A DNA stretch of 64,000 bases, from assembly GCA_963668675.2 (NCBI GenBank), contig CAXXMB010000001.1:1280001-1344000 (forward strand). Direction: 5' to 3'. The position numbers were made by a program, and so were the translations under genes. Origin of the DNA: an uncultured Desulfatitalea sp. (GTDB lineage Bacteria; Desulfobacterota; Desulfobacteria; Desulfobacterales; Desulfosarcinaceae). The notes beneath the pieces were generated by a model, which saw nothing but the letters and a program-made list of their open reading frames with translations, did no database searches and was not told the DNA's origin. Positions 41,694 to 50,651 of this stretch are shown here, one piece after another. Each line of letters starts with the position of its first letter. The stretch's first letter is position 1.

Positions 41694-42752
41694 TCACAAG
41701 ATGCCGTTGGCATCTATGCGAACATCCAGAAGGGTCGCCTCCGGTCTTTCATCAAGAATGGCCTGCCAATCGGATCGAAGCCTCTCGATCTGGGCAGGCA
41801 TCCCCAACGCCCAAATGCAACCACCACCGCCGGCGCCGGTGAAACGCGCGCCGCAATCAAGATCCCGGGCAGCGGCCACAAGCGTTCTCCCCATCGGTTC
41901 CAACACGCCGGGGGTCATACCGACCCTCAAGTCGGTCTCTGCATTCATGGCGTCGACGGCAAGGCGATAATCCCCATCGGATATAGATTCGATGAACTGC
42001 CGACTGTGGACGATGATCCGGCGCCACGTATCGCGCTGTCTCCCGGCCAGAAAATCGCGCACCCATGTTCCGTTGATATCCTTGGAGACATGGGGGACGC
42101 CGCAATAGGCAACAAGAATATGCTTGTTGAACATTGGATAGGCGTCGGCGGCAATAAGTTCTCTACGCTCGTAACTGCCCCCTTTGTCACCACTCTCCCA
42201 GAACCACCCGTTGATGCCGCCATAGACGGCTGCCAGATGATCCTGCAGACCACAAGGCACTCCGGCCACGCTCTGCTCTATGGCGTACGCCACGCGGGCC
42301 ACTTCTCCAGGATCGGGCAGGGGCCGTTCCTCGTCGGCCACCACCTTGCTCAAGGCCCATACCAGCGCTGCTGCTGCGACAGAAGATCCGCCCAGCGCGC
42401 TGCGCGGCGGAGAGGATGAATCGATCTGAATATGCACACCATCCGCATTGAAATAGGCGGCAATCGCCATCATAAGTCCCATCGAAGAGGAGAAAGGCGC
42501 CGTTTCACTCTCGACATCGATGGGGTCAAAGCCGCGGGAGCTGATTTTGATCCTCCCGTCAGTGTGCGGCAACAACCGTATCCGAGTTCGCATATCCAAG
42601 GCCGCATTGAAGGTGCATGGCGCCAGGTGACGCAGCGGCAGGTAGAATGTGCTCAAATCCAGGGTTCCGCCCATATCGAGACGACATGGGGCAGAGGTCT
42701 CCACAGGCTCATTATCCAAACATCTCCTGAAAAAACTCATAGCATGACTCAC
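41694..42752 (-). CDS. GHMP-family kinase (HddA/galactokinase-like)
   Basis: APCRLDMGG, PPRSALGGSS, GLQD, GAGGGG. Confidence 0.8.
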   Translation of the reverse strand: MSHAMSFFRRCLDNEPVETSAPCRLDMGGTLDLSTFYLPLRHLAPCTFNAALDMRTRIRLLPHTDGRIKISSRGFDPIDVESETAPFSSSMGLMMAIAAYFNADGVHIQIDSSSPPRSALGGSSVAAAALVWALSKVVADEERPLPDPGEVARVAYAIEQSVAGVPCGLQDHLAAVYGGINGWFWESGDKGGSYERRELIAADAYPMFNKHILVAYCGVPHVSKDINGTWVRDFLAGRQRDTWRRIIVHSRQFIESISDGDYRLAVDAMNAETDLRVGMTPGVLEPMGRTLVAAARDLDCGARFTGAGGGGCIWALGMPAQIERLRSDWQAILDERPEATLLDVRIDANGIL

Positions 42753-42765
42753 GGATTCCTGAGAA

Positions 42766-43533
42766 TTAAGAAGAGCGGATCTGCCTTAAAAAACCAAGGC
42801 TCTTCGGTGAACGGCCGATATGGAAGGGAACAAACGCCTCCATGAACAGGGTCGCCTCCTCCATGGAGTGGGCTGCGAACCTGACCCGCATGGCCTTTTC
42901 CAGATCGCCCTTGGCCATCCACAACAGCTGTTTGAGTGTGCCTTTTCCCAATTTGAGCTGTCTTGCATCCGGACCGGGACATTGATTGCAAACAATCCCT
43001 CCCTGACGCAAATCGATGCAGAACAGATTCTGGGGTAAATCCTCGACCTCCTTGTGGCAGCAGGTACATCGCTCCAACACCGGCCGCAACCCCTCCTGGC
43101 CAATAAATCGCATCTGAAACAACAGACTCAGAAGGGCTGCAGGGGCCGCATCGTGCGATAGCGCTTCGAGCACAAAGGCCAACAGATCATAGATATCACG
43201 CCGCGGCTCTCCCGCCTCCAGCCACATCATCACCAGCTCCGACCAGTAGCTGGCATAGGCGGTCTTTACAACATCGGACCGCACGATACCAAAATTTCTC
43301 TCCAGGGTTGCCTCTTCAAGAATTGGCAGACCTCTGCCGCGCGGTTGGCGATATACGATATCGAGACCGTCGAAGTGCTCTAGAATACCAGGAAAACGTT
43401 TGGTGCTCTTCTTGGCGGATTTGGCAATCAGGGTGCTGACACCGAATTCCTGGGTTAAAACGGTGAGAATCAGGTCAAAATCACCATAGGCGCGCCGACG
43501 CAAAACGATTGCGGATGTAGAGAGATAGGTCAT
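42766..43533 (-). CDS. recO: DNA repair protein RecO
   Basis: AIVLRRRAYGDFDLILT OB-fold, CTCC...CNQC zinc site, upstream of glyQS. Confidence 0.9.
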   Translation of the reverse strand: MTYLSTSAIVLRRRAYGDFDLILTVLTQEFGVSTLIAKSAKKSTKRFPGILEHFDGLDIVYRQPRGRGLPILEEATLERNFGIVRSDVVKTAYASYWSELVMMWLEAGEPRRDIYDLLAFVLEALSHDAAPAALLSLLFQMRFIGQEGLRPVLERCTCCHKEVEDLPQNLFCIDLRQGGIVCNQCPGPDARQLKLGKGTLKQLLWMAKGDLEKAMRVRFAAHSMEEATLFMEAFVPFHIGRSPKSLGFLRQIRSS

Positions 43534-43619
43534 TGAGGTGCCACCGAACCTGAATGCAACATCAACGGCAAACCGTCCGCGATTGCCGTGCACTGCTGAT
43601 ATTTTTCATTATCAATCGA

Positions 43620-44549
43620 TTAAGGCAATCGCATTTTGGCCACCTGGCCGCTTTTCCCAGGCACGTCAATCGCCTGGCCGTTGAGCTTCAACTGAACTCC
43701 CCCGGCATTGCCAATGAACAGCTCAAACTGCTCTTTGGCCTTTACCGTCATTTTGTCCTGGGGATCGATGGTCACCTCTTTGACCTGGTCTTCGTCAATC
43801 TTAATCCTGATCCAGGTACGCTCAACGGCGGCAATCTCCAACACCAACTCCTCTTCGACATCGGCGACAGGCGCTGTAATGGTCTCCTCGGGTGAGGTCG
43901 TCATCGTCCGGGAATCTGGCACGTGATTTTGGTTGAGGGGCTCTGGGGCTTTGCTCCTCACAGGCTCATTCTGTGCTGTTTCAGGGGGTTCTTTTTCCAG
44001 GATCGAAATTTCATCAACCTCAGCAGGGCCGGCATCTTGATCGATCAGATCTTCATGCTCTTCGACGGCCATCTCATTTGGCACCGGCTCGTCGGCCTTA
44101 CCATTCGCCAGATCGGTTTCAGCAGCAGCGATCACCTGTTGAGGCGTCGGCTCTTCCGGCGCCTTTCGATACTGGGCCAAGAAAAAAAGCGCCACACCAA
44201 GCAACACGCAACTCAGGCCGATCAATGCTATCGGATGCCACTTACGGCGCCCCACCATCTCCAGCGGCGGTATCAGATCCTGCTCCTTCTTCGCTAAAGG
44301 GGCCAATTTCTCTTCGTAACGCCTGACAGCCTCCTGCACATCGACCCCGACGACTTCAGCATACGCCCGTATAAACCCCTTTACGAACGGAGGCGCCGGC
44401 AGCTTCTCCAGATCCTCATCTTCCAGTTGTCTCAAACTGGCTACAGTGATTTTCGTCCGCTGGGAAACATCCTCCAAGGATATCCCTTTGGAGCGCCGGT
44501 GCGTCCTGAGGTAACGTCCGAATTCAGGTGATTTGTCTTCATTTTCCAT
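43620..44549 (-). CDS. rodZ: RodZ-like HTH-TM-DUF4115 protein
   Basis: HTH (FVKGFIRAYA), TM helix, C-terminal IGNAGGV. Confidence 0.85.
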   Translation of the reverse strand: MENEDKSPEFGRYLRTHRRSKGISLEDVSQRTKITVASLRQLEDEDLEKLPAPPFVKGFIRAYAEVVGVDVQEAVRRYEEKLAPLAKKEQDLIPPLEMVGRRKWHPIALIGLSCVLLGVALFFLAQYRKAPEEPTPQQVIAAAETDLANGKADEPVPNEMAVEEHEDLIDQDAGPAEVDEISILEKEPPETAQNEPVRSKAPEPLNQNHVPDSRTMTTSPEETITAPVADVEEELVLEIAAVERTWIRIKIDEDQVKEVTIDPQDKMTVKAKEQFELFIGNAGGVQLKLNGQAIDVPGKSGQVAKMRLP

Positions 44550-44598
44550 ATATCGCCCCATATATCACCCTATTGATCACCCCATAGATTGCCATAGA

Positions 44599-45612
44599 TC
44601 AATCCAATATTTGAATATGAGCCCGCTCACGGAGTTCATCCAGCCATTCTTTAAATTTCTTCTCCCTTGCTTCGGAAAGCAGTTTATCCTCTATCTCACG
44701 GGAAGCCTCTTCCAGACTTCTGCCCGTACTGGAGATCTCTTCTACGAGAAATATCTGATACCCCTGTTCGGTATCGACAATCGGTGTGAGCTCTCCAGGT
44801 TTGATATCCGTTAACGCTTCCCGAATGGAGGCAGCCAGCAAACGGCTTTCGAAAAAACCCAGATCCCCACCGTCGGCGGCCGTGGCCGCCTGGGAGTGGG
44901 CCTTGGCCACTTCAGCGAACGAGGCCCCCTCTTTCAACTGCTTTTCCAGCTGTTTCATCTCTTTCAAGACCCGTTCCCGTTCACTCTCCAAGGCGGATTC
45001 GACACGCAGAAGAATATGTCTCAAGTGGTATTTGGTCTGCCCGGCATACTGGGAATGGTTGGCGTCATAGTAAGCTTTGATATCTTGATCCGTAACAACG
45101 ATTTTGGATTTTACTTCGATGTTGACCAACCGGGACTGCAACATCTGGGTCTTGATTTGACGGCGATAGGTCTCGTAATTCACCCCCTCCATATCCAGTG
45201 CGCGCTTGAGGTCATCATCGCTGAGGTTGTTGACCGACTTGATCCGCTCGATACTCTGATCAACCGCCGCATCTGAGACCGATATGCCGTATCGCTTGGT
45301 CTGCTGATCGGTCAGTTTTTGATCGATCAGGACATTCAACGCCTTCTGCCTCTCATTCTCCAGAACGATTTTCTGCTGGACCTCAGAGTAGTTTGATTGC
45401 CCAAGCTGTTTGCGCAAGGGGGCCATGGCCTCGTCGAGTTCCGAAAGCAGGATGATGTCGTCATTGACGACCGCAACAATTCGATCCACCAACTCTGCAT
45501 GGGCCCACGACATTAAGGCCAGCGAGATTGAAACGAAAACAAACACCCCATAGGCGGAACCAGAACAGCAACGCTGTCTCCTGCCCAAAAATGTATCAGT
45601 AGCTCTTTTCAA
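44599..45612 (-). CDS. surA: SurA-type chaperone/parvulin PPIase
   Basis: DRIVAVVNDDIIL, HIL, GGDLG. Start uncertain. Confidence 0.85.
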   Translation of the reverse strand: MKRATDTFLGRRQRCCSGSAYGVFVFVSISLALMSWAHAELVDRIVAVVNDDIILLSELDEAMAPLRKQLGQSNYSEVQQKIVLENERQKALNVLIDQKLTDQQTKRYGISVSDAAVDQSIERIKSVNNLSDDDLKRALDMEGVNYETYRRQIKTQMLQSRLVNIEVKSKIVVTDQDIKAYYDANHSQYAGQTKYHLRHILLRVESALESERERVLKEMKQLEKQLKEGASFAEVAKAHSQAATAADGGDLGFFESRLLAASIREALTDIKPGELTPIVDTEQGYQIFLVEEISSTGRSLEEASREIEDKLLSEAREKKFKEWLDELRERAHIQILD

Positions 45613-45666
45613 AAGTGATTTTCTCCTTCTAATGCCCCTCTTCCAGCGTGCGCAATTGACGGGGAA

Positions 45667-46464
45667 TCAGGCCGGATCTCCAGTCAATCGGCCCCAAATC
45701 TTCTTATTGATATCCAATGGATAGTTCTGCCGCAACAGGTCGATCCACTCCTTGTAGGCCATCTCGGCTTTCTGTTGACGCAGGTGACGCACGATTCTTC
45801 GGTTGATCTCGTCAGCGTCTTCATCGGGCGAGATCCCTTCAGGATAGTGCTTTTTGTAATACGTCGCCACATCATCCGTCGTGATCTGGACCTTGTCGAC
45901 AAGCTCCCTCTCGATCACCTTTTTTACTAGCAGCCGTGTAGCCATCTTTTTCTTCCAGTATTGAAATGAGACGGCATTTTCCAGCAATGTCTCCTCGAAG
46001 GTATCGTCAGGATAATCAGCCTTGATCTCCGCCACCGCCTTGTCGAGCTCCTCGTCCGCTACCGAAATTCCTTGATCCGCGGCAAAGGCCTTAATCATCA
46101 TCTCCTCGCCCAATTGATTCAGCACCCTCAGGCGAAGATCGTTCATCACCTCCTCACTGAGATTGCGCTCACCAGGAAAAGCCTCTTCGCTCGCAGCCTC
46201 CACGGCCTGATTGAATTCGGACAGGGAGAGAGTGATGCTGTTGATACGAATCAGGTAGCTGTCCTGGTTTTGGTCACGGGAACATCCCAGACAACCGAAA
46301 CACCATACGATGATTGTGCCCGTCAACAGGATAACCAGGAGATGTCGGAGGCGATACAGATGATCCTTCAATGATCCATTTTCCTTTGTGGCTCCCTTCG
46401 TGGCTTCCTTCAAAGCTTCCTCCCCCGGCTGAGATGTCCATGGCGTTTTCGGCAGAGGTTCCAT
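45667..46464 (-). CDS. SurA N-terminal domain lipoprotein-like protein
   Basis: Hydrophobic segment ending in LGC, SurA-N-like helices, located between mfd and surA. Start uncertain. Confidence 0.7.
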   Translation of the reverse strand: MEPLPKTPWTSQPGEEALKEATKGATKENGSLKDHLYRLRHLLVILLTGTIIVWCFGCLGCSRDQNQDSYLIRINSITLSLSEFNQAVEAASEEAFPGERNLSEEVMNDLRLRVLNQLGEEMMIKAFAADQGISVADEELDKAVAEIKADYPDDTFEETLLENAVSFQYWKKKMATRLLVKKVIERELVDKVQITTDDVATYYKKHYPEGISPDEDADEINRRIVRHLRQQKAEMAYKEWIDLLRQNYPLDINKKIWGRLTGDPA

Positions 46465-46506
46465 CAGACGTCCGGGGCGGCTCAAGCCATCTATTTTGTT
46501 ACAGAT

Positions 46507-49500
46507 TTATTGATTAACATGCCGCGATATTTCGATCAAGATGTTTTTGGTTTGGGCCATCTGGGCCTTGATCGAGCTCCCGGTCAGGAAAGCGCTGAAA
46601 ACATGATCGGGTGAAATGCGGTACTTCTTACCGGCCGAAGCGACCATATCTACGATACCGAACGGACGCCTTTGGTATTGCTCTGAAAAATGCAGTTGCA
46701 GTTGGTTGCCGGCCAAATCCAAACGGTTACATCCGGCACGCACGGCCAACACCTTAAGCATAATCTTAAGCAGGAGATTTGCGGCCTCATCAGGCAGCTT
46801 GCCGAACCGATCTTCCATCTCGGTTTTCAACGCGCTGATCTCTTTCAGCTCCTCCATGCGCGCCAGACGTCGGTACAGCGAAAGGCGCTGATCGATGTCC
46901 TCGACATACTGCTCCGGCAAAAACGCGGATATCTGCAGGTTGATCTCCGGTTCAAGTGTCTCCACCATTGGCTCACCTTTGATCTCCGCAACCGAGCTCT
47001 CCATGAGTCTGAGAAACATGTCATAGCCGACGGCCGCGATGTGACCCGATTGTGATGCGCCCAGGATGGTACCACCGCCGCGTATCTTCAAATCACTCAT
47101 GGCAATTTGAAAACCGGATCCCAGATCGCTGTATTCCATGAGCACTTTGAGCCTTTTCTGGGCGCTCTTGGTCAAAATGGTTTCATTGGGGATCATCAGA
47201 TAGGCATAGGCTTGCTCGTCACCTCGCCCGACCCGGCCGCGCAACTGGTAGATCTGGGATAGTCCGAAGTGATCGGCACGGTTGATCACAATGGTATTTG
47301 CCGATGTCACATCCAGGCCCGACTCCACGATGGTGGTACAGACCAGCATGTCAACGCGCTGCTGCATAAAGGCCAGCATCGCTTTTTCCAACTGGTCCTC
47401 GGGCATTTGACCGTGTGCCACAATGAGCCGCACTTCGGGTACCAGTTTCTGGAGATGACCGGCAATGCGGTCAAGACTCTTTATTTTGTTGTGGACAAAA
47501 AAGATCTGCCCTTTGCGGGCCAGTTCTTTGCGGATCGCTTCGGCGATCACGATATCATCCCATTCGGAGATGTATGTTGCGATGGGGCGACGCTGTTCCG
47601 GCGGCGTGGAGATCAGGCTGATATCCCTGATGCCCAATAGGGAGAGGTGCAGTGTCCTTGGGATGGGCGTAGCGGTAAGGGTGAGCACATCTACGGTCTC
47701 CCTGAGCCGCTTGATTTTCTCCTTGTGTTTGACGCCGAATCGCTGCTCCTCGTCCAGCACCAGCAATCCCAAATCTTTGAATTTGATATCTTTTTGAAGT
47801 ATTCTGTGAGTGCCTACCACGATATCGATCTGCCCGCTCTTCAGCTCCTCCACGATGCTGTTCTGCTCTTTGGCACTGCGAAAACGATTAAGCGATGCGA
47901 TTCGAACCGGATACCGTCTGAATCGCTCGCAAAAAGTGGCATAATGCTGCTCTGCCAGCACAGTGGTTGGGACCAGCACTGCCACCTGCTTTGCCTCGCT
48001 TACCGCCAGGAAAGCAGCTCTGAGCGCAACCTCTGTTTTGCCATAGCCCACATCGCCGCACACCAGCCGGTCCATGGGTACCGGTTGGCGCATGTCGTTG
48101 AGCACCTCTTCAATGGCTTTGCGCTGGTCACCGGTCTCTTCGTAGGGAAACCCCTCCTCGAAATCCCTGAAATAGGTATCGACGGCTCCGAAGGAGTGCC
48201 CCCTTTGAACCTTACGAGCCGCATAGAGTTGAAGCAGCTCACCGGCAATCTTCTCCGTGGACCGCTTCACCTTGCGCCTGATCTTTTCCCACGTTGCGCC
48301 TCCCATCTTGTCGAGCACTGGAGCGACCCCATCCACCCCCATATATTTTTGCACCAGGTTCATCCGCTCGACCGGGAGATACAACTTATCGCCGTCCTTG
48401 TAGACGATCAACAGGTAGTCATTGAACGAGCGATCAACCCCCAATTTGACAAGCCCTTCGTAGCGCCCTATGCCGTGCTCGTCGTGAACCACCGCATCTC
48501 CGCTCTTCAAATCTTCGATATTCAACAGGGCGGCAGCTTTCTTTGCGCCGGTTGTTGTTCGACGCGAAGGGTGACTCACCCCGAAGATCTCCTCGTCTCC
48601 GATCAAAGCGAGCCCGGCTTCCGGCCATGAAAATCCCTCCCTGAAATCCCCCGTCATCAGGCCGACCTGCTTCATCTTTGAAGAGATCGTCGAAACGTTT
48701 TCCGCTTCGGTGGATGCAATTCGATAGACCGAGAGTATTTGAGACAAACGGCGGACATGAGACGGACGACGACACATGATCAAGGTCTGCAGCCCTGCCC
48801 GGTGTTGTGCCGCCAACCAATCGGCCAGCGGCTGAAACGGCTTCTCCTCCTTTCGTGATGCCTGCAATGCCAGATTGAGGTCCTCGGTCCCCGAAATATT
48901 GGTGCGACAAACCGTCCGTACCGCCCCCTCTTCGTTTCGCCCCGAGATGTCAAGTGGCTTGAAATTGATCGGGAGATACGTTTCCAACCGCCCCTGCACC
49001 TGCCCCCACTGCAAACAAAGCGTCTCCGGCCTTACCACCAGTCGTTTATTGGCACTGGCGCTATGGTAACTCTGTTCGGTCTGAGTTTTGTATTCTGCTG
49101 CGGCCTGCCCCAGTGAAGCGGGTTCAATCAATAGCGGCATCGTGTCGGGCGGCAGAAAATCAAACAGGGTATCGAGCCGATCGAAGATCAGCGGCAACAT
49201 GCTCTCCATACCGGGAAATACGCCCTCCTCCTTGATTCGCCGGACAAGCTCCCTCACCTCTGTGACGGGCAGTCCCAATTCGGAGGCCTGACGCCGAATG
49301 CGTCCCAACACATCGTTGAGTTCAGAAGGGTTCAAAATGGCTTCCCGCGCAGGCAAGAGCACGACTTCATCAAGATCTTGTACCGTCCGCTGGGTGACAG
49401 CCGAGAAGCGTCGAATGGTCTCCACCATATCTCCGAAGAATTCAATCCTTAACGGATCCGAATAGAGCGGCGAGTAGATGTCGATGATGCCACCGCGAAC

Positions 49501-50022
49501 AGAAAAATCCCCCAGCTCCTCGACCATGGCAACCCGGCTGTACCCGCCAGCCACCAACTTGGCTATCAGCCCATCACGGTCGACCTCCTCACCACGTATG
49601 ACCAACTCCGCATAGCGCATCAATTCGGCTTTGGGCAGCAGGCGCTGCATCAATCCGTTGATGGACGTCACGACCAGGGGTGCGACCGGACTCTCGACCA
49701 TCTCATAAAGGGATTGAATGCGCTTCGCAGCCGTCTCGCTGTGGTACGCCATGAACTTGAAGGGCAGAATGTTGTATGGCGGGAAATAGAAAACCGATTC
49801 CGAGAAGCCTTTTAAGAACAGGCGCAGTTGATCGGCAAACTGCTCGGCCGACTTCACCGATGGAAGCAGGACCAGTAGCGGTCTCCTATGGGTACGATAG
49901 ATCTGTGCAACCGCATAGGCCGTAGCCGGTCGATTGAGGCCGATAACATCCGCGCCCCCTCTCAGGTCGCGAAGCCTCGTCAACAACTGTTGCCAGGAAA
50001 TTTCCTCTTGATTTTGTCCCAT
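46507..50022 (-). CDS. mfd: Transcription-repair coupling factor
   Basis: CarD/RID domain, GDVGYGKT, DEEQRFG, TAT, QLRGRVGR, TRCF C-terminus. Confidence 0.98.
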   Translation of the reverse strand: MGQNQEEISWQQLLTRLRDLRGGADVIGLNRPATAYAVAQIYRTHRRPLLVLLPSVKSAEQFADQLRLFLKGFSESVFYFPPYNILPFKFMAYHSETAAKRIQSLYEMVESPVAPLVVTSINGLMQRLLPKAELMRYAELVIRGEEVDRDGLIAKLVAGGYSRVAMVEELGDFSVRGGIIDIYSPLYSDPLRIEFFGDMVETIRRFSAVTQRTVQDLDEVVLLPAREAILNPSELNDVLGRIRRQASELGLPVTEVRELVRRIKEEGVFPGMESMLPLIFDRLDTLFDFLPPDTMPLLIEPASLGQAAAEYKTQTEQSYHSASANKRLVVRPETLCLQWGQVQGRLETYLPINFKPLDISGRNEEGAVRTVCRTNISGTEDLNLALQASRKEEKPFQPLADWLAAQHRAGLQTLIMCRRPSHVRRLSQILSVYRIASTEAENVSTISSKMKQVGLMTGDFREGFSWPEAGLALIGDEEIFGVSHPSRRTTTGAKKAAALLNIEDLKSGDAVVHDEHGIGRYEGLVKLGVDRSFNDYLLIVYKDGDKLYLPVERMNLVQKYMGVDGVAPVLDKMGGATWEKIRRKVKRSTEKIAGELLQLYAARKVQRGHSFGAVDTYFRDFEEGFPYEETGDQRKAIEEVLNDMRQPVPMDRLVCGDVGYGKTEVALRAAFLAVSEAKQVAVLVPTTVLAEQHYATFCERFRRYPVRIASLNRFRSAKEQNSIVEELKSGQIDIVVGTHRILQKDIKFKDLGLLVLDEEQRFGVKHKEKIKRLRETVDVLTLTATPIPRTLHLSLLGIRDISLISTPPEQRRPIATYISEWDDIVIAEAIRKELARKGQIFFVHNKIKSLDRIAGHLQKLVPEVRLIVAHGQMPEDQLEKAMLAFMQQRVDMLVCTTIVESGLDVTSANTIVINRADHFGLSQIYQLRGRVGRGDEQAYAYLMIPNETILTKSAQKRLKVLMEYSDLGSGFQIAMSDLKIRGGGTILGASQSGHIAAVGYDMFLRLMESSVAEIKGEPMVETLEPEINLQISAFLPEQYVEDIDQRLSLYRRLARMEELKEISALKTEMEDRFGKLPDEAANLLLKIMLKVLAVRAGCNRLDLAGNQLQLHFSEQYQRRPFGIVDMVASAGKKYRISPDHVFSAFLTGSSIKAQMAQTKNILIEISRHVNQ

Positions 50023-50049
50023 AAACACAGTAGGTGAACTTTTTTTATG

Positions 50050-50125
50050 GCCGGCGTAGCTCAGCTGGTAGAGCAGCTGATTCGTAATCAGCAGGTCCGC
50101 GGTTCAAGTCCGCGCGCCGGCTCCA
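50050..50125 (+). tRNA. tRNA-Thr (anticodon CGT)
   Basis: 76-nt cloverleaf GCCGGCG...CGCCGGC-T-CCA; anticodon arm GCTGA-TTCGTAA-TCAGC; GTTCAAG T-loop. Confidence 0.97.
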
Positions 50126-50651
50126 AAAATGTTGAGGGGAATCGGATAGTTACGCCGATGCCCCTTTTTTGTTTTCTTCTCAAAAACCCTGCAAATTTCG
50201 GCAAATTCAGGCCTGCTTGCAGACAAAATGCATACAAAAAATACCCCAATTCTGACTACCTTCCGGGCACGCTGGTTGAACGTTTTGAGATGCATCGCTA
50301 CCAGAGTGCAAACCAAACCTTTCCTATTAGCACGGAATGTTCTTATCCAAAATATAAAATAGACAGTATTCCTTTTTCCAATTTCTACCTGAAGGCGAGC
50401 GCGGTCACCGGGGTGATGTCGCGGCCATATTTTTTTGCGCTCTCGATTCCCCCCGCCCCACATAAAAAGCAAGCCGCGAAGGATCGTTTGGCATCGCAGA
50501 ACAAACGCGGGTCCTTCCTGGAAGGTCTCAAAGTACGGTTTCCATCAGCGCACCCGTCGCGTCCAGTGAAAATCACAAAAATGGATGGAAAATGGAATTT
50601 TTGCATTTTGCATATATCTGTTAACCTATTGTTATTAAATGTTATATAAAT

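Noticed and set aside
44548..44600. Degenerate 12-bp tandem repeats (similar ones at 7413-7436 and 46381-46420)
   Set aside because: Only 2-4 short copies each, consistent with ordinary slippage duplications.
50047..50649. 200-aa plus-strand ORF and overlapping minus-strand ORFs (50104-50472, 50385-50606)
   Set aside because: They run through the tRNA, att and cos-like DNA and show no integrase catalytic motifs or other recognisable domain.
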